From assembly GCF_022846255.1 (NCBI RefSeq), contig NZ_AP025682.1: a stretch of 64,000 nucleotides of DNA, one strand, 5' to 3'. Both the position numbers and the translations under genes were made by a program. Shown piece by piece: positions 35,626-48,107 of the stretch; the stretch's first letter is position 1, and the number at the start of each line of letters is the position of its first letter. Under the pieces are notes generated by a model that worked only from the letters and a program-made list of their open reading frames with translations, was not told the origin of the DNA and ran no database searches. The stretch comes from Escherichia coli (lineage in GTDB: Bacteria > Pseudomonadota > Gammaproteobacteria > Enterobacterales > Enterobacteriaceae).

Positions 35626-35781
35626 GCCTGATGCGACGCTGGCGCATCTTATCAGGCCTGGGCTGGAGTAGCCCCGTAGGTCGGATAAGGCGTTTACGCC
35701 GCATCCGACAGTCGTTGCCTGATGCGACACTGGCGTGTCTTATCAGGCCTACGCTGGAGCAGCCCCGCGCCGCATCCGACA
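35626..35781. repeat. BIME cluster (at least four REP units in alternating orientation)
   Basis: Repeated GCCTGATGCGACG...CTTATCAGGCCT and GTAGGTCGGATAAGGCGTTTACGCCGCATCCGACA units. Confidence 0.75.
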
Positions 35782-35873
35782 CGCATTGCACGATGCCGCA
35801 AAGGCATAAAAAGTCGATGGCGTTGAATATTTTTTCAGCGCCATTTTTATTGATGCGCGGGAAGGAAATCCCT

Positions 35874-35889
35874 ACGCAAACGTTTTCTT
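35874..35889 (+). promoter_or_regulatory. PurR operator (PUR box) of the cvpA-purF operon
   Basis: ACGCAAACGTTTTCTT matches the PUR box consensus ACGCAAACGTTTGCGT; a TAGAAT -10-like hexamer lies 8 nt downstream. Confidence 0.7.
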
Positions 35890-35945
35890 TTTCTGTTAGA
35901 ATGCGCCCCGAACAGGATGACAGGGCGTAAAATCGTGGGACACAT

Positions 35946-36434
35946 ATGGTCTGGATTGATTACGCCATAATCGCGGTGATTGCTTTTTCCTCTCTGGTTA
36001 GCCTGATCCGCGGCTTTGTTCGTGAAGCGTTATCGCTGGTGACATGGGGTTGTGCTTTCTTTGTTGCCAGTCATTACTACACTTACCTGTCAGTCTGGTT
36101 TACGGGCTTTGAAGACGAACTGGTTCGAAATGGGATTGCCATCGCGGTACTGTTTATCGCTACCCTGATCGTTGGTGCTATCGTGAACTTCGTGATAGGC
36201 CAGTTGGTGGAGAAAACGGGGTTGTCAGGCACCGATCGGGTGTTGGGCGTCTGTTTCGGTGCGTTGCGCGGTGTGTTGATTGTTGCTGCCATTCTCTTCT
36301 TTCTCGACTCCTTTACCGGGGTGTCGAAAAGCGAAGACTGGAGCAAATCACAGCTGATCCCGCAGTTCAGTTTTATCATCAGATGGTTTTTTGATTATCT
36401 GCAAAGCTCGTCAAGTTTCTTGCCCAGAGCGTAA
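35946..36434 (+). CDS. cvpA: Colicin V production membrane protein CvpA
   Basis: 162-aa hydrophobic ORF MVWIDYAIIAVIAFSSLVSLIRG... Confidence 0.9.
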   Translation: MVWIDYAIIAVIAFSSLVSLIRGFVREALSLVTWGCAFFVASHYYTYLSVWFTGFEDELVRNGIAIAVLFIATLIVGAIVNFVIGQLVEKTGLSGTDRVLGVCFGALRGVLIVAAILFFLDSFTGVSKSEDWSKSQLIPQFSFIIRWFFDYLQSSSSFLPRA

Positions 36435-36470
36435 GTGCTCTGAGATGTGGCTTAACGAGGAAAAAGACGT

Positions 36471-37988
36471 ATGTGCGGTATTGTCGGTATCGCCGGTGTT
36501 ATGCCGGTTAACCAGTCGATTTATGATGCCTTAACGGTGCTTCAGCATCGCGGTCAGGATGCCGCCGGCATCATCACCATAGATGCCAATAACTGCTTCC
36601 GTTTGCGTAAAGCGAACGGGCTGGTGAGCGATGTATTTGAAGCTCGCCATATGCAGCGTTTGCAGGGCAATATGGGCATTGGTCATGTGCGTTACCCTAC
36701 GGCTGGCAGCTCCAGCGCCTCTGAAGCGCAGCCGTTTTACGTTAACTCTCCGTATGGCATTACGCTTGCCCACAACGGCAATCTGACCAACGCTCACGAG
36801 TTGCGTAAAAAACTGTTTGAAGAAAAACGCCGCCACATCAACACCACTTCCGACTCGGAAATTCTGCTTAATATCTTTGCCAGCGAACTGGACAACTTCC
36901 GCCACTACCCGCTGGAAGCCGACAACATTTTCGCCGCCATCGCTGCTACAAACCGCTTAATCCGCGGCGCGTATGCCTGTGTGGCGATGATTATCGGCCA
37001 CGGTATGGTTGCTTTCCGCGATCCAAACGGGATTCGTCCGCTGGTACTGGGGAAACGTGATATTGACGAGAACCGTACAGAATATATGGTCGCTTCCGAA
37101 AGCGTTGCGCTCGATACGCTGGGCTTTGATTTCCTGCGTGACGTCGCGCCGGGCGAAGCGATTTACATCACTGAAGAAGGGCAGTTGTTTACCCGTCAAT
37201 GTGCTGACAATCCGGTCAGCAATCCGTGCCTGTTTGAGTATGTATACTTTGCCCGCCCGGACTCGTTCATCGACAAAATTTCCGTTTACAGCGCGCGCGT
37301 GAATATGGGCACCAAACTGGGCGAAAAAATTGCCCGCGAATGGGAAGATCTGGATATCGACGTGGTGATCCCTATTCCGGAAACCTCGTGCGATATCGCG
37401 CTGGAAATTGCGCGTATTCTGGGCAAACCGTACCGCCAGGGCTTCGTTAAAAACCGCTATGTTGGCCGCACCTTCATCATGCCGGGTCAGCAGCTGCGTC
37501 GTAAGTCCGTGCGCCGTAAACTGAACGCCAACCGCGCCGAGTTCCGCGATAAAAACGTCCTGCTGGTCGACGACTCTATCGTCCGTGGCACCACGTCTGA
37601 GCAGATTATCGAGATGGCACGCGAAGCCGGAGCGAAGAAAGTGTACCTCGCTTCTGCGGCACCGGAAATTCGCTTCCCGAACGTTTACGGTATCGATATG
37701 CCGAGCGCCACGGAACTGATCGCTCACGGTCGCGAAGTAGATGAAATTCGCCAGATCATCGGTGCTGACGGGTTGATTTTCCAGGATCTGAACGATCTGA
37801 TCGAAGCCGTTCGCGCTGAAAACCCGGATATCCAGCAGTTTGAATGCTCGGTGTTCAACGGCGTCTACGTCACCAAAGACGTTGATCAGAGCTATCTCGA
37901 TTTTCTTGATACTTTACGTAATGACGATGCCAAAGCCGTGCAACGTCAGAACGAAGTGGAAAATCTCGAAATGCATAACGAAGGATAA
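36471..37988 (+). CDS. purF: Amidophosphoribosyltransferase
   Basis: 505 aa, MCGIVGIAG... (N-terminal nucleophile Cys) and PRPP-binding [13 protein letters not shown]. Confidence 0.95.
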   Translation: MCGIVGIAGVMPVNQSIYDALTVLQHRGQDAAGIITIDANNCFRLRKANGLVSDVFEARHMQRLQGNMGIGHVRYPTAGSSSASEAQPFYVNSPYGITLAHNGNLTNAHELRKKLFEEKRRHINTTSDSEILLNIFASELDNFRHYPLEADNIFAAIAATNRLIRGAYACVAMIIGHGMVAFRDPNGIRPLVLGKRDIDENRTEYMVASESVALDTLGFDFLRDVAPGEAIYITEEGQLFTRQCADNPVSNPCLFEYVYFARPDSFIDKISVYSARVNMGTKLGEKIAREWEDLDIDVVIPIPETSCDIALEIARILGKPYRQGFVKNRYVGRTFIMPGQQLRRKSVRRKLNANRAEFRDKNVLLVDDSIVRGTTSEQIIEMAREAGAKKVYLASAAPEIRFPNVYGIDMPSATELIAHGREVDEIRQIIGADGLIFQDLNDLIEAVRAENPDIQQFECSVFNGVYVTKDVDQSYLDFLDTLRNDDAKAVQRQNEVENLEMHNEG

Positions 37989-37997
37989 CACCTTCGC

Positions 37998-38022
37998 TCA
38001 GGGTGCCGGTCTGGCACCCTGA
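37998..38022 (+). other. Perfect 10-bp hairpin between purF and ubiX
   Basis: TCAGGGTGCC - GGTCT - GGCACCCTGA; no U-tract follows. Confidence 0.45.
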
Positions 38023-38082
38023 CTTGCAACTCCCGTCGAAATCCTGCAAAGTCTGCCTGCAAGTCTGACAGGGCAACTATTT

Positions 38083-38652
38083 ATGAAACGACTCATTGTA
38101 GGCATCAGCGGTGCCAGCGGCGCGATTTATGGCGTGCGCTTATTACAGGTTCTGCGCGATGTCGCAGATGTTGAAACGCATCTGGTGATGAGCCAGGCCG
38201 CGCGCCAGACCTTATCTCTTGAAACGGATTTTTCCCTGCGCGAAGTGCAGGCGTTAGCTGATGTGACGCACGATGCGCGCGATATTGCTGCCAGCATCTC
38301 TTCTGGTTCTTTCCAGACGCTGGGGATGGTGATTTTACCCTGTTCAATCAAAACCCTGTCCGGCATTGTCCATAGCTATACTGATGGCTTACTGACCCGT
38401 GCGGCAGATGTGGTGCTGAAAGAGCGTCGCCCGCTGGTGCTCTGCGTGCGTGAAACACCATTGCACTTAGGCCATCTGCGTTTAATGACCCAGGCGGCAG
38501 AAATTGGTGCGGTGATTATGCCTCCCGTTCCGGCGTTTTATCATCGCCCGCAATCCCTTGATGATGTGATAAATCAGACGGTTAATCGTGTTCTTGACCA
38601 GTTTGCGATAACCCTTCCTGAAGATCTCTTTGCCCGCTGGCAGGGCGCATAA
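38083..38652 (+). CDS. ubiX: Flavin prenyltransferase UbiX
   Basis: 189 aa, MKRLIVGISGASGAIYGVRLL... Confidence 0.9.
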   Translation: MKRLIVGISGASGAIYGVRLLQVLRDVADVETHLVMSQAARQTLSLETDFSLREVQALADVTHDARDIAASISSGSFQTLGMVILPCSIKTLSGIVHSYTDGLLTRAADVVLKERRPLVLCVRETPLHLGHLRLMTQAAEIGAVIMPPVPAFYHRPQSLDDVINQTVNRVLDQFAITLPEDLFARWQGA

Positions 38653-38833
38653 CTCCGCTGTTGCCCTGTTTCAGGGCAATTTTGCAACCGCGATCAAATC
38701 CTCGACATTTTGTTCCTTTCGATGAATCGAAACGCTGCGATTCAACCGCCATACCTGCTATCTTCAACTCTAGGACAATAATGCAACGTCTTATTAACAT
38801 ATTTAACGTTGAATGTTACTGTTGTCGTAAAGA

Positions 38834-38849
38834 TGGCATAAGACCTGCA
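38834..38849 (+). promoter_or_regulatory. Sigma54-type promoter (-24 GG / -12 GC) upstream of argT
   Basis: TGGCAT-N7-TGCA with exactly 10 nt between the GG and GC dinucleotides, about 70 bp upstream of the argT start; nitrogen (NtrC) control of argT is established. Confidence 0.5.
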
Positions 38850-38917
38850 TGAAAGAGCCTGCAAACACACAACACAATACACAACATAAAAAAGCCATTT
38901 TCACTTGAGGGTTATGT

Positions 38918-39700
38918 ATGAAGAAGTCGATTCTCGCTCTGTCTTTGTTAGTCGGTCTCTCCGCAGCGGCTTCCAGCTATGCGGCGCTACCGGAGACGGT
39001 ACGTATCGGAACCGATACCACCTATGCGCCGTTCTCATCGAAAGATGCCAAAGGTGACTTTGTTGGCTTTGATATCGATCTCGGTAACGAGATGTGCAAA
39101 CGGATGCAGGTGAAATGTACCTGGGTTGCCAGTGACTTTGACGCGCTGATCCCCTCACTAAAAGCGAAAAAAATCGACGCCATTATTTCGTCGCTCTCCA
39201 TTACCGATAAACGTCAGCAGGAGATTGCTTTCTCCGACAAGTTGTACGCCGCAGATTCTCGTTTGATTGCCGCCAAAGGTTCACCGATTCAGCCAACGCT
39301 GGATTCACTGAAAGGTAAACATGTGGGTGTGCTGCAGGGATCAACCCAGGAAGCATACGCTAACGAGACCTGGCGTAGCAAAGGCGTGGATGTGGTGGCC
39401 TATGCCAACCAGGATTTGGTTTATTCCGATCTGGCTGCAGGACGTCTGGATGCTGCGTTACAAGATGAAGTTGCTGCCAGTGAAGGATTCCTCAAGCAAC
39501 CTGCTGGTAAAGATTTCGCCTTTGCTGGCTCATCAGTGAAAGACAAAAAATACTTCGGTGACGGTACCGGTGTAGGGCTACGTAAAGATGATGCTGAACT
39601 GACGGCGGCGTTTAATAAGGCGCTTGGCGAGCTGCGTCAGGACGGTACCTACGACAAGATGGCGAAAAAGTATTTCGACTTTAATGTCTACGGTGACTGA
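38918..39700 (+). CDS. argT: Lysine/arginine/ornithine-binding periplasmic protein
   Basis: 260 aa with signal peptide; close paralogue of HisJ (shared ...[32 protein letters not shown]...). Confidence 0.9.
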   Translation: MKKSILALSLLVGLSAAASSYAALPETVRIGTDTTYAPFSSKDAKGDFVGFDIDLGNEMCKRMQVKCTWVASDFDALIPSLKAKKIDAIISSLSITDKRQQEIAFSDKLYAADSRLIAAKGSPIQPTLDSLKGKHVGVLQGSTQEAYANETWRSKGVDVVAYANQDLVYSDLAAGRLDAALQDEVAASEGFLKQPAGKDFAFAGSSVKDKKYFGDGTGVGLRKDDAELTAAFNKALGELRQDGTYDKMAKKYFDFNVYGD

Positions 39701-39920
39701 TACGTCGCAGGGAAACTGTACCTGATGGAATGATCATCATGGTGCACGCCAGGTTTGTTGCACTATCGTGGTGCATTGAAATGCATACTTAAGCATTTTT
39801 AATGAAAAATAATACGTCTAACGGGGCGGGATATTTTGCCTTGATGGTCAATTTTATGGCACGATAAGTGTAACAAACCTGTAAATATTCCCTATAAAAA
39901 GACTGTCAGTTGAGGACATT

Positions 39921-40703
39921 ATGAAAAAACTGGTGCTATCGCTCTCTCTGGTTCTGGCCTTCTCCAGCGCAACTGCGGCGTTTGCTGCGATTCCGCAAAA
40001 CATCCGCATCGGTACCGATCCGACCTATGCGCCATTTGAATCAAAAAATTCACAAGGCGAACTGGTTGGCTTCGATATCGATCTGGCGAAGGAGTTGTGC
40101 AAACGCATCAATACGCAATGTACGTTTGTCGAAAACCCACTGGATGCGTTAATCCCGTCCTTAAAAGCGAAGAAGATTGACGCCATCATGTCATCGCTTT
40201 CCATTACGGAAAAACGTCAGCAAGAAATTGCCTTCACCGACAAACTGTACGCTGCCGATTCTCGTCTGGTGGTGGCGAAAAATTCCGACATTCAGCCGAC
40301 AGTCGAGTCGCTGAAAGGCAAACGGGTAGGCGTATTGCAGGGCACCACCCAGGAGACGTTCGGTAACGAACATTGGGCACCAAAAGGCATTGAAATCGTT
40401 TCTTATCAGGGGCAGGACAACATTTATTCTGACCTGACTGCCGGACGTATTGATGCCGCGTTCCAGGATGAGGTCGCTGCCAGCGAAGGTTTCCTCAAAC
40501 AACCCGTCGGTAAAGATTACAAATTCGGTGGTCCGTCTGTTAAAGATGAAAAACTGTTTGGCGTAGGGACCGGCATGGGCCTGCGTAAAGAAGATAACGA
40601 ACTGCGCGAGGCACTGAACAAAGCCTTTGCCGAAATGCGCGCTGACGGTACTTACGAGAAATTAGCGAAAAAGTACTTCGATTTTGATGTTTATGGTGGT
40701 TAA
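39921..40703 (+). CDS. hisJ: Histidine-binding periplasmic protein
   Basis: 260 aa with signal peptide; type II periplasmic binding fold. Confidence 0.9.
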   Translation: MKKLVLSLSLVLAFSSATAAFAAIPQNIRIGTDPTYAPFESKNSQGELVGFDIDLAKELCKRINTQCTFVENPLDALIPSLKAKKIDAIMSSLSITEKRQQEIAFTDKLYAADSRLVVAKNSDIQPTVESLKGKRVGVLQGTTQETFGNEHWAPKGIEIVSYQGQDNIYSDLTAGRIDAAFQDEVAASEGFLKQPVGKDYKFGGPSVKDEKLFGVGTGMGLRKEDNELREALNKAFAEMRADGTYEKLAKKYFDFDVYGG

Positions 40704-40792
40704 TCGCCATCGGTGAAAGAAAGTCCGCTCCCTTCGGGTAACCGGAGGGAGACAAGAGGCGGTAATTCACCACACACGACAGGACAGGCAGC

Positions 40793-41479
40793 ATGTTGTA
40801 TGGGTTTTCAGGTGTTATTTTACAGGGTGCGCTCGTCACGCTGGAGCTGGCTATCAGCTCTGTAGTGCTCGCTGTAATCATCGGTTTAATTGGCGCTGGC
40901 GGTAAGCTCTCGCAAAATCGGCTTTCGGGCCTTATTTTCGAAGGGTACACCACGCTGATTCGAGGCGTGCCGGACTTGGTGTTGATGCTGCTAATTTTCT
41001 ACGGTTTGCAGATTGCACTAAACACGGTGACGGAGGCGATGGGCGTCGGGCAGATTGATATTGATCCGATGGTCGCAGGTATTATCACTCTCGGTTTTAT
41101 CTACGGTGCTTACTTTACCGAAACGTTCCGTGGCGCGTTTATGGCTGTGCCGAAAGGGCATATAGAGGCGGCGACGGCGTTCGGTTTTACTCGTGGGCAA
41201 GTGTTTCGGCGGATTATGTTTCCGGCGATGATGCGTTACGCTCTGCCAGGCATTGGCAACAACTGGCAGGTGATTCTCAAATCTACCGCTTTGGTTTCGT
41301 TACTCGGCCTGGAAGATGTGGTCAAAGCCACGCAGCTGGCAGGCAAAAGTACCTGGGAACCGTTCTATTTCGCTATCGTCTGCGGCGTGATTTACCTGGT
41401 TTTCACCACCGTTTCCAATGGTGTGCTGCTGTTCCTTGAGCGCCGCTACTCCGTGGGTGTGAAGAGGGCTGACTTGTGA
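40793..41479 (+). CDS. hisQ: Histidine/lysine/arginine/ornithine ABC transporter permease HisQ
   Basis: 228-aa polytopic permease. Confidence 0.9.
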   Translation: MLYGFSGVILQGALVTLELAISSVVLAVIIGLIGAGGKLSQNRLSGLIFEGYTTLIRGVPDLVLMLLIFYGLQIALNTVTEAMGVGQIDIDPMVAGIITLGFIYGAYFTETFRGAFMAVPKGHIEAATAFGFTRGQVFRRIMFPAMMRYALPGIGNNWQVILKSTALVSLLGLEDVVKATQLAGKSTWEPFYFAIVCGVIYLVFTTVSNGVLLFLERRYSVGVKRADL

Positions 41480-42192
41480 TCGAAATCTTACATGAATACT
41501 GGAAACCACTGCTGTGGACTGACGGTTATCGCTTTACTGGCGTGGCGATCACCCTGTGGCTGCTGATTTTGTCGGTAGTGATAGGCGGAGTTCTGGCGCT
41601 GTTTCTGGCGATTGGTCGCGTCTCAAGTAATAAATACATCCAGTTTCCAATCTGGTTATTTACCTATATTTTTCGCGGTACGCCGCTGTATGTTCAGTTG
41701 CTGGTGTTCTATTCCGGCATGTACACGCTGGAGATTGTTAAGGGAACCGAGTTCCTTAACGCCTTTTTTCGCAGTGGTCTGAACTGTACCGTGCTGGCGC
41801 TGACGCTTAACACCTGCGCTTACACTACCGAGATTTTTGCCGGGGCAATCCGTTCAGTGCCGCATGGGGAAATTGAAGCCGCCAGAGCCTATGGCTTCTC
41901 GACCTTTAAAATGTATCGCTGCATTATTTTGCCTTCTGCGCTGCGTATTGCGTTACCGGCATACAGCAACGAAGTGATCCTGATGCTGCACTCTACTGCG
42001 CTGGCATTTACTGCCACGGTGCCGGATCTGCTGAAAATTGCCCGCGATATTAACGCCGCCACGTATCAACCTTTTACCGCCTTCGGCATTGCCGCGGTGC
42101 TCTATTTAATCATCTCTTATGTCCTGATCAGCCTCTTTCGCAGAGCGGAAAAACGCTGGTTGCAGCATGTGAAACCTTCTTCAACGCACTGA
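41476..42192 (+). CDS. hisM: Histidine/lysine/arginine/ornithine ABC transporter permease HisM
   Basis: 238-aa permease; start overlaps the hisQ stop (GTGA). Confidence 0.9.
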   Translation: MIEILHEYWKPLLWTDGYRFTGVAITLWLLILSVVIGGVLALFLAIGRVSSNKYIQFPIWLFTYIFRGTPLYVQLLVFYSGMYTLEIVKGTEFLNAFFRSGLNCTVLALTLNTCAYTTEIFAGAIRSVPHGEIEAARAYGFSTFKMYRCIILPSALRIALPAYSNEVILMLHSTALAFTATVPDLLKIARDINAATYQPFTAFGIAAVLYLIISYVLISLFRRAEKRWLQHVKPSSTH

Positions 42193-42199
42193 GAATACG

Positions 42200-42973
42200 A
42201 TGTCCGAGAATAAATTAAACGTTATCGATTTGCACAAACGCTACGGCGAACACGAAGTGCTGAAAGGGGTTTCACTGCAAGCGAATGCCGGAGATGTAAT
42301 TAGCATCATCGGATCGTCGGGATCGGGGAAAAGTACCTTTCTGCGCTGCATTAACTTCCTCGAAAAACCGAGCGAAGGATCGATCGTGGTCAATGGCCAG
42401 ACGATCAATCTGGTGCGCGACAAAGATGGTCAACTCAAAGTCGCCGATAAAAATCAGCTGCGCTTACTGCGCACACGCCTGACGATGGTATTCCAGCACT
42501 TCAATCTCTGGAGCCATATGACGGTGCTGGAAAACGTCATGGAAGCGCCGATTCAGGTGTTGGGCCTGAGCAAGCAGGAAGCGCGCGAGCGGGCGGTGAA
42601 GTATCTGGCGAAAGTCGGGATAGACGAACGTGCGCAGGGGAAATATCCGGTGCATCTTTCCGGCGGTCAGCAACAGCGTGTTTCCATCGCAAGGGCGCTG
42701 GCAATGGAACCGGAAGTTTTACTGTTTGATGAACCTACCTCGGCGCTCGATCCTGAACTGGTAGGCGAAGTGTTGCGTATTATGCAGCAACTGGCAGAAG
42801 AGGGGAAAACCATGGTGGTGGTGACTCACGAAATGGGCTTTGCTCGCCATGTTTCTACTCACGTCATTTTTCTCCATCGGGGGAAAATAGAGGAAGAAGG
42901 CGCGCCGGAGCAGTTATTTGGCAACCCGCAAAGCCCTCGTCTGCAACAGTTCCTTAAGGGATCGCTGAAATAA
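42200..42973 (+). CDS. hisP: Histidine/lysine/arginine/ornithine ABC transporter ATP-binding protein HisP
   Basis: 257 aa with Walker [13 protein letters not shown] signature LSGGQQQRV and Walker [12 protein letters not shown]. Confidence 0.95.
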   Translation: MSENKLNVIDLHKRYGEHEVLKGVSLQANAGDVISIIGSSGSGKSTFLRCINFLEKPSEGSIVVNGQTINLVRDKDGQLKVADKNQLRLLRTRLTMVFQHFNLWSHMTVLENVMEAPIQVLGLSKQEARERAVKYLAKVGIDERAQGKYPVHLSGGQQQRVSIARALAMEPEVLLFDEPTSALDPELVGEVLRIMQQLAEEGKTMVVVTHEMGFARHVSTHVIFLHRGKIEEEGAPEQLFGNPQSPRLQQFLKGSLK

Positions 42974-42979
42974 TTCCCC

Positions 42980-43009
42980 CTCCGGTAGCTAACGCTGCCG
43001 GAGTATTTT
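42980..43009 (+). terminator. Weak terminator-like hairpin after hisP
   Basis: CTCCGG / CCGGAG stem with 12-nt loop followed by TATTTTC. Confidence 0.35.
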
Positions 43010-43169
43010 CAAGGGAAATTTGCGAGTCCGCTTCCGCTGAAATGTAAAAGTTGCAGCACGCTAAAAATACTTCTGAATTCGCTGTCCAAAGATAAAAACT
43101 GCCTGCTGCATTGGGTGTTAATCGTGGTTATTGTCGCGTCATCTTAAATTTGAGGGGTGACGGAACGCC

Positions 43170-44060
43170 ATGACAATATCGACAACTTCCACGCCGCATG
43201 ATGCGGTATTTAAATCTTTTTTACGCCATCCAGACACCGCCCGGGATTTTATTGATATTCATCTCCCCGCGCCGCTGCGCAAACTGTGTGATTTAACGAC
43301 GCTTAAACTGGAACCAAACAGTTTTATTGATGAAGACCTGCGGCAATATTATTCCGACCTCTTGTGGTCTGTGAAAACGCAGGAGGGAGTGGGTTATATT
43401 TATGTGGTGATAGAGCACCAAAGTAAGCCGGAAGAATTAATGGCTTTTCGCATGATGCGCTATTCCATTGCGGCGATGCAAAACCATCTTGATGCAGGCT
43501 ATAAAGAGCTTCCATTGGTGATCCCGATGCTGTTTTATCATGGTTGCAGAAGTCCTTATCCTTATTCACTCTGCTGGCTTGATGAATTTGCCGAGCCTGC
43601 TATAGCCCGCAAAATATATTCATCGGCTTTTCCGCTGGTGGATATTACCGTGGTGCCAGATGACGAGATTATGCAACATCGCAAAATGGCGCTGTTGGAG
43701 TTAATTCAGAAACATATTCGTCAGCGCGATCTGTTGGGATTAGTCGACCAAATTGTTTCGCTGCTAGTTACAGGGAACACTAATGACAGACAGCTAAAAG
43801 CCCTGTTTAATTATGTATTACAAACGGGGGATGCCCAGCGTTTCCGTGCATTTATTGGTGAGATAGCGGAACGCGCACCACAAGAAAAGGAGAAACTGAT
43901 GACCATTGCTGACAGATTACGTGAAGAAGGCGCAATGCAGGGCAAACACGAAGAAGCCCTGCGCATTGCTCAGGAGATGATGGAAAAAGGATTTGACCAC
44001 GAAGTCATCCTGACGCTGACCCGACTTTCACCAGACGATCTTATCGCGCAAAGCCACTAA
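43170..44060 (+). CDS. rpnB: Recombination-promoting nuclease RpnB (YfcI; transposase_31 / PD-(D/E)XK-like)
   Basis: 296-aa [36 protein letters not shown]..., typical Rpn/YhgA-like N-terminus. Confidence 0.85.
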   Translation: MTISTTSTPHDAVFKSFLRHPDTARDFIDIHLPAPLRKLCDLTTLKLEPNSFIDEDLRQYYSDLLWSVKTQEGVGYIYVVIEHQSKPEELMAFRMMRYSIAAMQNHLDAGYKELPLVIPMLFYHGCRSPYPYSLCWLDEFAEPAIARKIYSSAFPLVDITVVPDDEIMQHRKMALLELIQKHIRQRDLLGLVDQIVSLLVTGNTNDRQLKALFNYVLQTGDAQRFRAFIGEIAERAPQEKEKLMTIADRLREEGAMQGKHEEALRIAQEMMEKGFDHEVILTLTRLSPDDLIAQSH

Positions 44061-44107
44061 CCCTGTAACACCGGGAGTTAACTGGCGGATGTTTGCAGTA
44101 AACCACA

Positions 44108-45001
44108 TCAGCGAACGACATCCGCCAGCGCCTCTTCTAAATCGTACCAGCGAAACGCAAAACCCGCTTCTTCCAGCTTTTTTGGCAGCGTGCGTTGACC
44201 GCCTAATACCAGAACTGAAGATTCGCCCATTAACAACCGAATGGCGGTCGCAGGGACGCGCAAAATGGCCGGGCGATGCAGCGCATGACCCAGTGCATGG
44301 GCAAATTGTTCATTGCGCACCGGGTAGGGCGAAACCATATTAAATGGCCCGCGCAGCTCTTTATCCAGCAGCCAGAGAATACCGTTGACCATATCATCAA
44401 TATGAATCCAGGCCAGATACTGCCGACCAGAGCCAATCGGCCCGCCCAGGCCAAAACGAAATGGCGGCAGCATTTTACCGAGAATACCGCCATCCGGTGC
44501 CAGCACTACGCCGGTACGCAGCAGGCACACTCGCGTTTTGTCACTTTGTGCCCGGCAGGCAATTTCTTCCCAGCGGGCGCAGAGTTTATGGGTAAATTCG
44601 TTATGCGGCGGTTCCTCTTCGGTAACCACCACTTCACCTAAGTCGCCATAATAGCCCGTTGCCGAGCCGGAAATGAGTACCGACGGCGGCGTGTCGCTGG
44701 CATTAATCAAATCGACCAGTTTTTGCGTGATATTCCAGCGGCTTTGGCAGAGACGCTCTTTTTGCTCGTGAGTCCAGCGTTTATCAGCAATCGGCTCTCC
44801 GGCCAGGTTGATTACCGCATCAACGCCGTTGAGGTTACTTTGATCGGCAAGCCCTTGCCATAGTGTCACCCGAGGGCCGAGAACAGAACTGGCTTTCTGC
44901 GGGTTACGCGTCATTACCGTGATTTGATGGCCCAGCTCCAGCAAACGTGGAATCAAATGGCGACCAATTAATCCCGTCCCTCCGGTGATCACTATGTTCA
45001 T
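44108..45001 (-). CDS. yfcH: NAD-dependent epimerase/dehydratase-family protein YfcH
   Basis: 297 aa, N-terminal Rossmann motif [16 protein letters not shown]. Confidence 0.85.
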   Translation of the reverse strand: MNIVITGGTGLIGRHLIPRLLELGHQITVMTRNPQKASSVLGPRVTLWQGLADQSNLNGVDAVINLAGEPIADKRWTHEQKERLCQSRWNITQKLVDLINASDTPPSVLISGSATGYYGDLGEVVVTEEEPPHNEFTHKLCARWEEIACRAQSDKTRVCLLRTGVVLAPDGGILGKMLPPFRFGLGGPIGSGRQYLAWIHIDDMVNGILWLLDKELRGPFNMVSPYPVRNEQFAHALGHALHRPAILRVPATAIRLLMGESSVLVLGGQRTLPKKLEEAGFAFRWYDLEEALADVVR

Positions 45002-45021
45002 GCAGCCTCCCGATATGGCGG

Positions 45022-45384
45022 TTAACGCTGCCAGCTTAAGGTCATGGATACCGAATCGGCGTAGCGCAGCGCGTGCAGTTTATCGATCTCCACTTCAGCA
45101 TACGTCACCCAGTGATGTTCACGTGCGATATCGAGCACATCCTGAGTTAATTTTTCCAGCAAAGAGAAACGGTTATTCTCTACATGCTGAATAATGTTTT
45201 TCGTTACGGTGCGATAATTCAGCGCATCGTTGATATCTTCGCTAGTGCGCGCTTTATCGGCGGGGTAGTGGATCGTCACATTGATAACAATATCCTGACG
45301 GTTGTTAATTTCTTCTTCCTTAATTCCGATAAACGTACGTAAACGAAGGTTCTTTATACGAATAATAGCGGCAGGTTGTGCCAT
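45022..45384 (-). CDS. folX: Dihydroneopterin triphosphate 2'-epimerase
   Basis: 120 aa, [25 protein letters not shown]... Confidence 0.9.
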
Positions 45385-45440
45385 TGCAGGTTCTCCGTTG
45401 TTTTACTTAGAATGAAATAATACACGAGAACCTGTTTCTG

Positions 45441-46917
<1,477 letters not shown>

Positions 46918-46920
46918 TGA

Positions 46921-47475
46921 GTGATGAAACTGATGTTTGCATCGGACATTCATGGGTCGTTACCGGCGACGGAACGTGTTCTGGAGTTGTTTGCCCAAAG
47001 CGGTGCCCAGTGGCTGGTGATCCTTGGCGACGTGTTGAATCATGGCCCGCGTAATGCTTTACCGGAGGGTTACGCGCCAGCCAAAGTCGCTGAACGGCTT
47101 AATGAAGTGGCACATAAGGTTATCGCTGTGCGCGGCAACTGCGACAGCGAAGTGGATCAAATGCTGCTGCATTTCCCGATAACCGCGCCGTGGCAACAGG
47201 TATTACTGGAAAAACAACGTCTGTTTTTGACGCATGGTCATCTTTTTGGCCCGGAAAATCTACCTGCTTTAAACCAGAACGATGTGCTGGTGTACGGTCA
47301 TACCCATCTGCCAGTGGCAGAACAGCGGGGGGAGATTTTCCACTTCAACCCCGGCTCGGTGAGTATTCCGAAAGGCGGTAATCCGGCGAGTTATGGCATG
47401 CTGGATAATGACGTACTTAGTGTAATCGCACTCAATGATCAAAGTATCATTGCGCAGGTCGCGATTAATCCGTAA
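46921..47475 (+). CDS. yfcE: Metallophosphoesterase (phosphodiesterase) YfcE
   Basis: 184 aa from GTG; calcineurin-like motifs DIHG, GDVLNHG, GNCD, THGH, GHTH. Confidence 0.85.
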   Translation: MMKLMFASDIHGSLPATERVLELFAQSGAQWLVILGDVLNHGPRNALPEGYAPAKVAERLNEVAHKVIAVRGNCDSEVDQMLLHFPITAPWQQVLLEKQRLFLTHGHLFGPENLPALNQNDVLVYGHTHLPVAEQRGEIFHFNPGSVSIPKGGNPASYGMLDNDVLSVIALNDQSIIAQVAINP

Positions 47476-47532
47476 TTTACCCACAACTCAAAATGCGCCG
47501 TAAGAGCGCCAGAAAAAGAAGGTTTCCTGATA

Positions 47533-48075
47533 ATGGAACAGCGTCGTTTGGCAAGTACTGAATGGGTGGATATTGTCAATGAAGAGAACGAAGTCATTGC
47601 ACAAGCCAGCCGGGAACAAATGCGGGCACAGTGTCTGCGTCATCGTGCAACTTATATCGTCGTGCATGATGGCATGGGCAAAATTCTGGTCCAGCGTCGT
47701 ACCGAGACAAAAGACTTTTTACCCGGCATGTTAGATGCGACCGCAGGCGGTGTAGTCCAGGCCGATGAGCAACTGCTGGAATCCGCGCGTCGCGAAGCGG
47801 AAGAAGAGTTGGGCATTGCCGGTGTCCCCTTTGCCGAGCACGGGCAGTTCTATTTCGAAGATAAAAATTGCCGTGTCTGGGGCGCGTTGTTCAGCTGCGT
47901 CTCTCACGGTCCCTTCGCTCTACAGGAAGATGAAGTCAGTGAAGTTTGCTGGCTGACGCCGGAAGAAATCACCGCACGCTGCGATGAGTTCACTCCAGAC
48001 TCGCTGAAAGCGCTGGCGTTGTGGATGAAGCGCAATGCCAAAAATGAAACCGTAGAGACTGAAACGGCAGAATGA
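47533..48075 (+). CDS. yfcD: Nudix hydrolase YfcD
   Basis: 180 aa with Nudix box-like [24 protein letters not shown]. Confidence 0.85.
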   Translation: MEQRRLASTEWVDIVNEENEVIAQASREQMRAQCLRHRATYIVVHDGMGKILVQRRTETKDFLPGMLDATAGGVVQADEQLLESARREAEEELGIAGVPFAEHGQFYFEDKNCRVWGALFSCVSHGPFALQEDEVSEVCWLTPEEITARCDEFTPDSLKALALWMKRNAKNETVETETAE

Positions 48076-48078
48076 AAA

Positions 48079-48100
48079 AAGAGCCGCAATTGCGGCTCTT
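48079..48100. terminator. Bidirectional terminator between convergent yfcD and yfcC
   Basis: AAGAGCCGC - AATT - GCGGCTCTT perfect hairpin flanked by an A-run upstream and a T-rich run downstream. Confidence 0.7.
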
Positions 48101-48107
48101 AACATTT

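Noticed and set aside
35626-35781. Clustered direct/inverted repeats that could be mistaken for a CRISPR array
   Set aside because: The units match the REP/BIME consensus (GCCTGATGCGACG... / ...GCATCCGACA) with irregular spacing and no spacer-repeat periodicity or adjacent cas genes.
36957-37727. 256-aa minus-strand ORF antisense to purF (similar cases antisense to accD at 32870..33592 and to nuoC at 63120..63959)
   Set aside because: Antisense artefacts of codon-biased housekeeping genes; no independent support.
39858-39874. Sigma54-like TGGCAC motif upstream of hisJ
   Set aside because: The -12 element reads GT rather than the near-invariant GC, so I did not call it a promoter.
40704-40792. 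Possible REP or terminator in the hisJ-hisQ spacer
   Set aside because: Only imperfect short stems (CTCCC...GGGAG) were found; no confident element although REP sequences are classically reported here.
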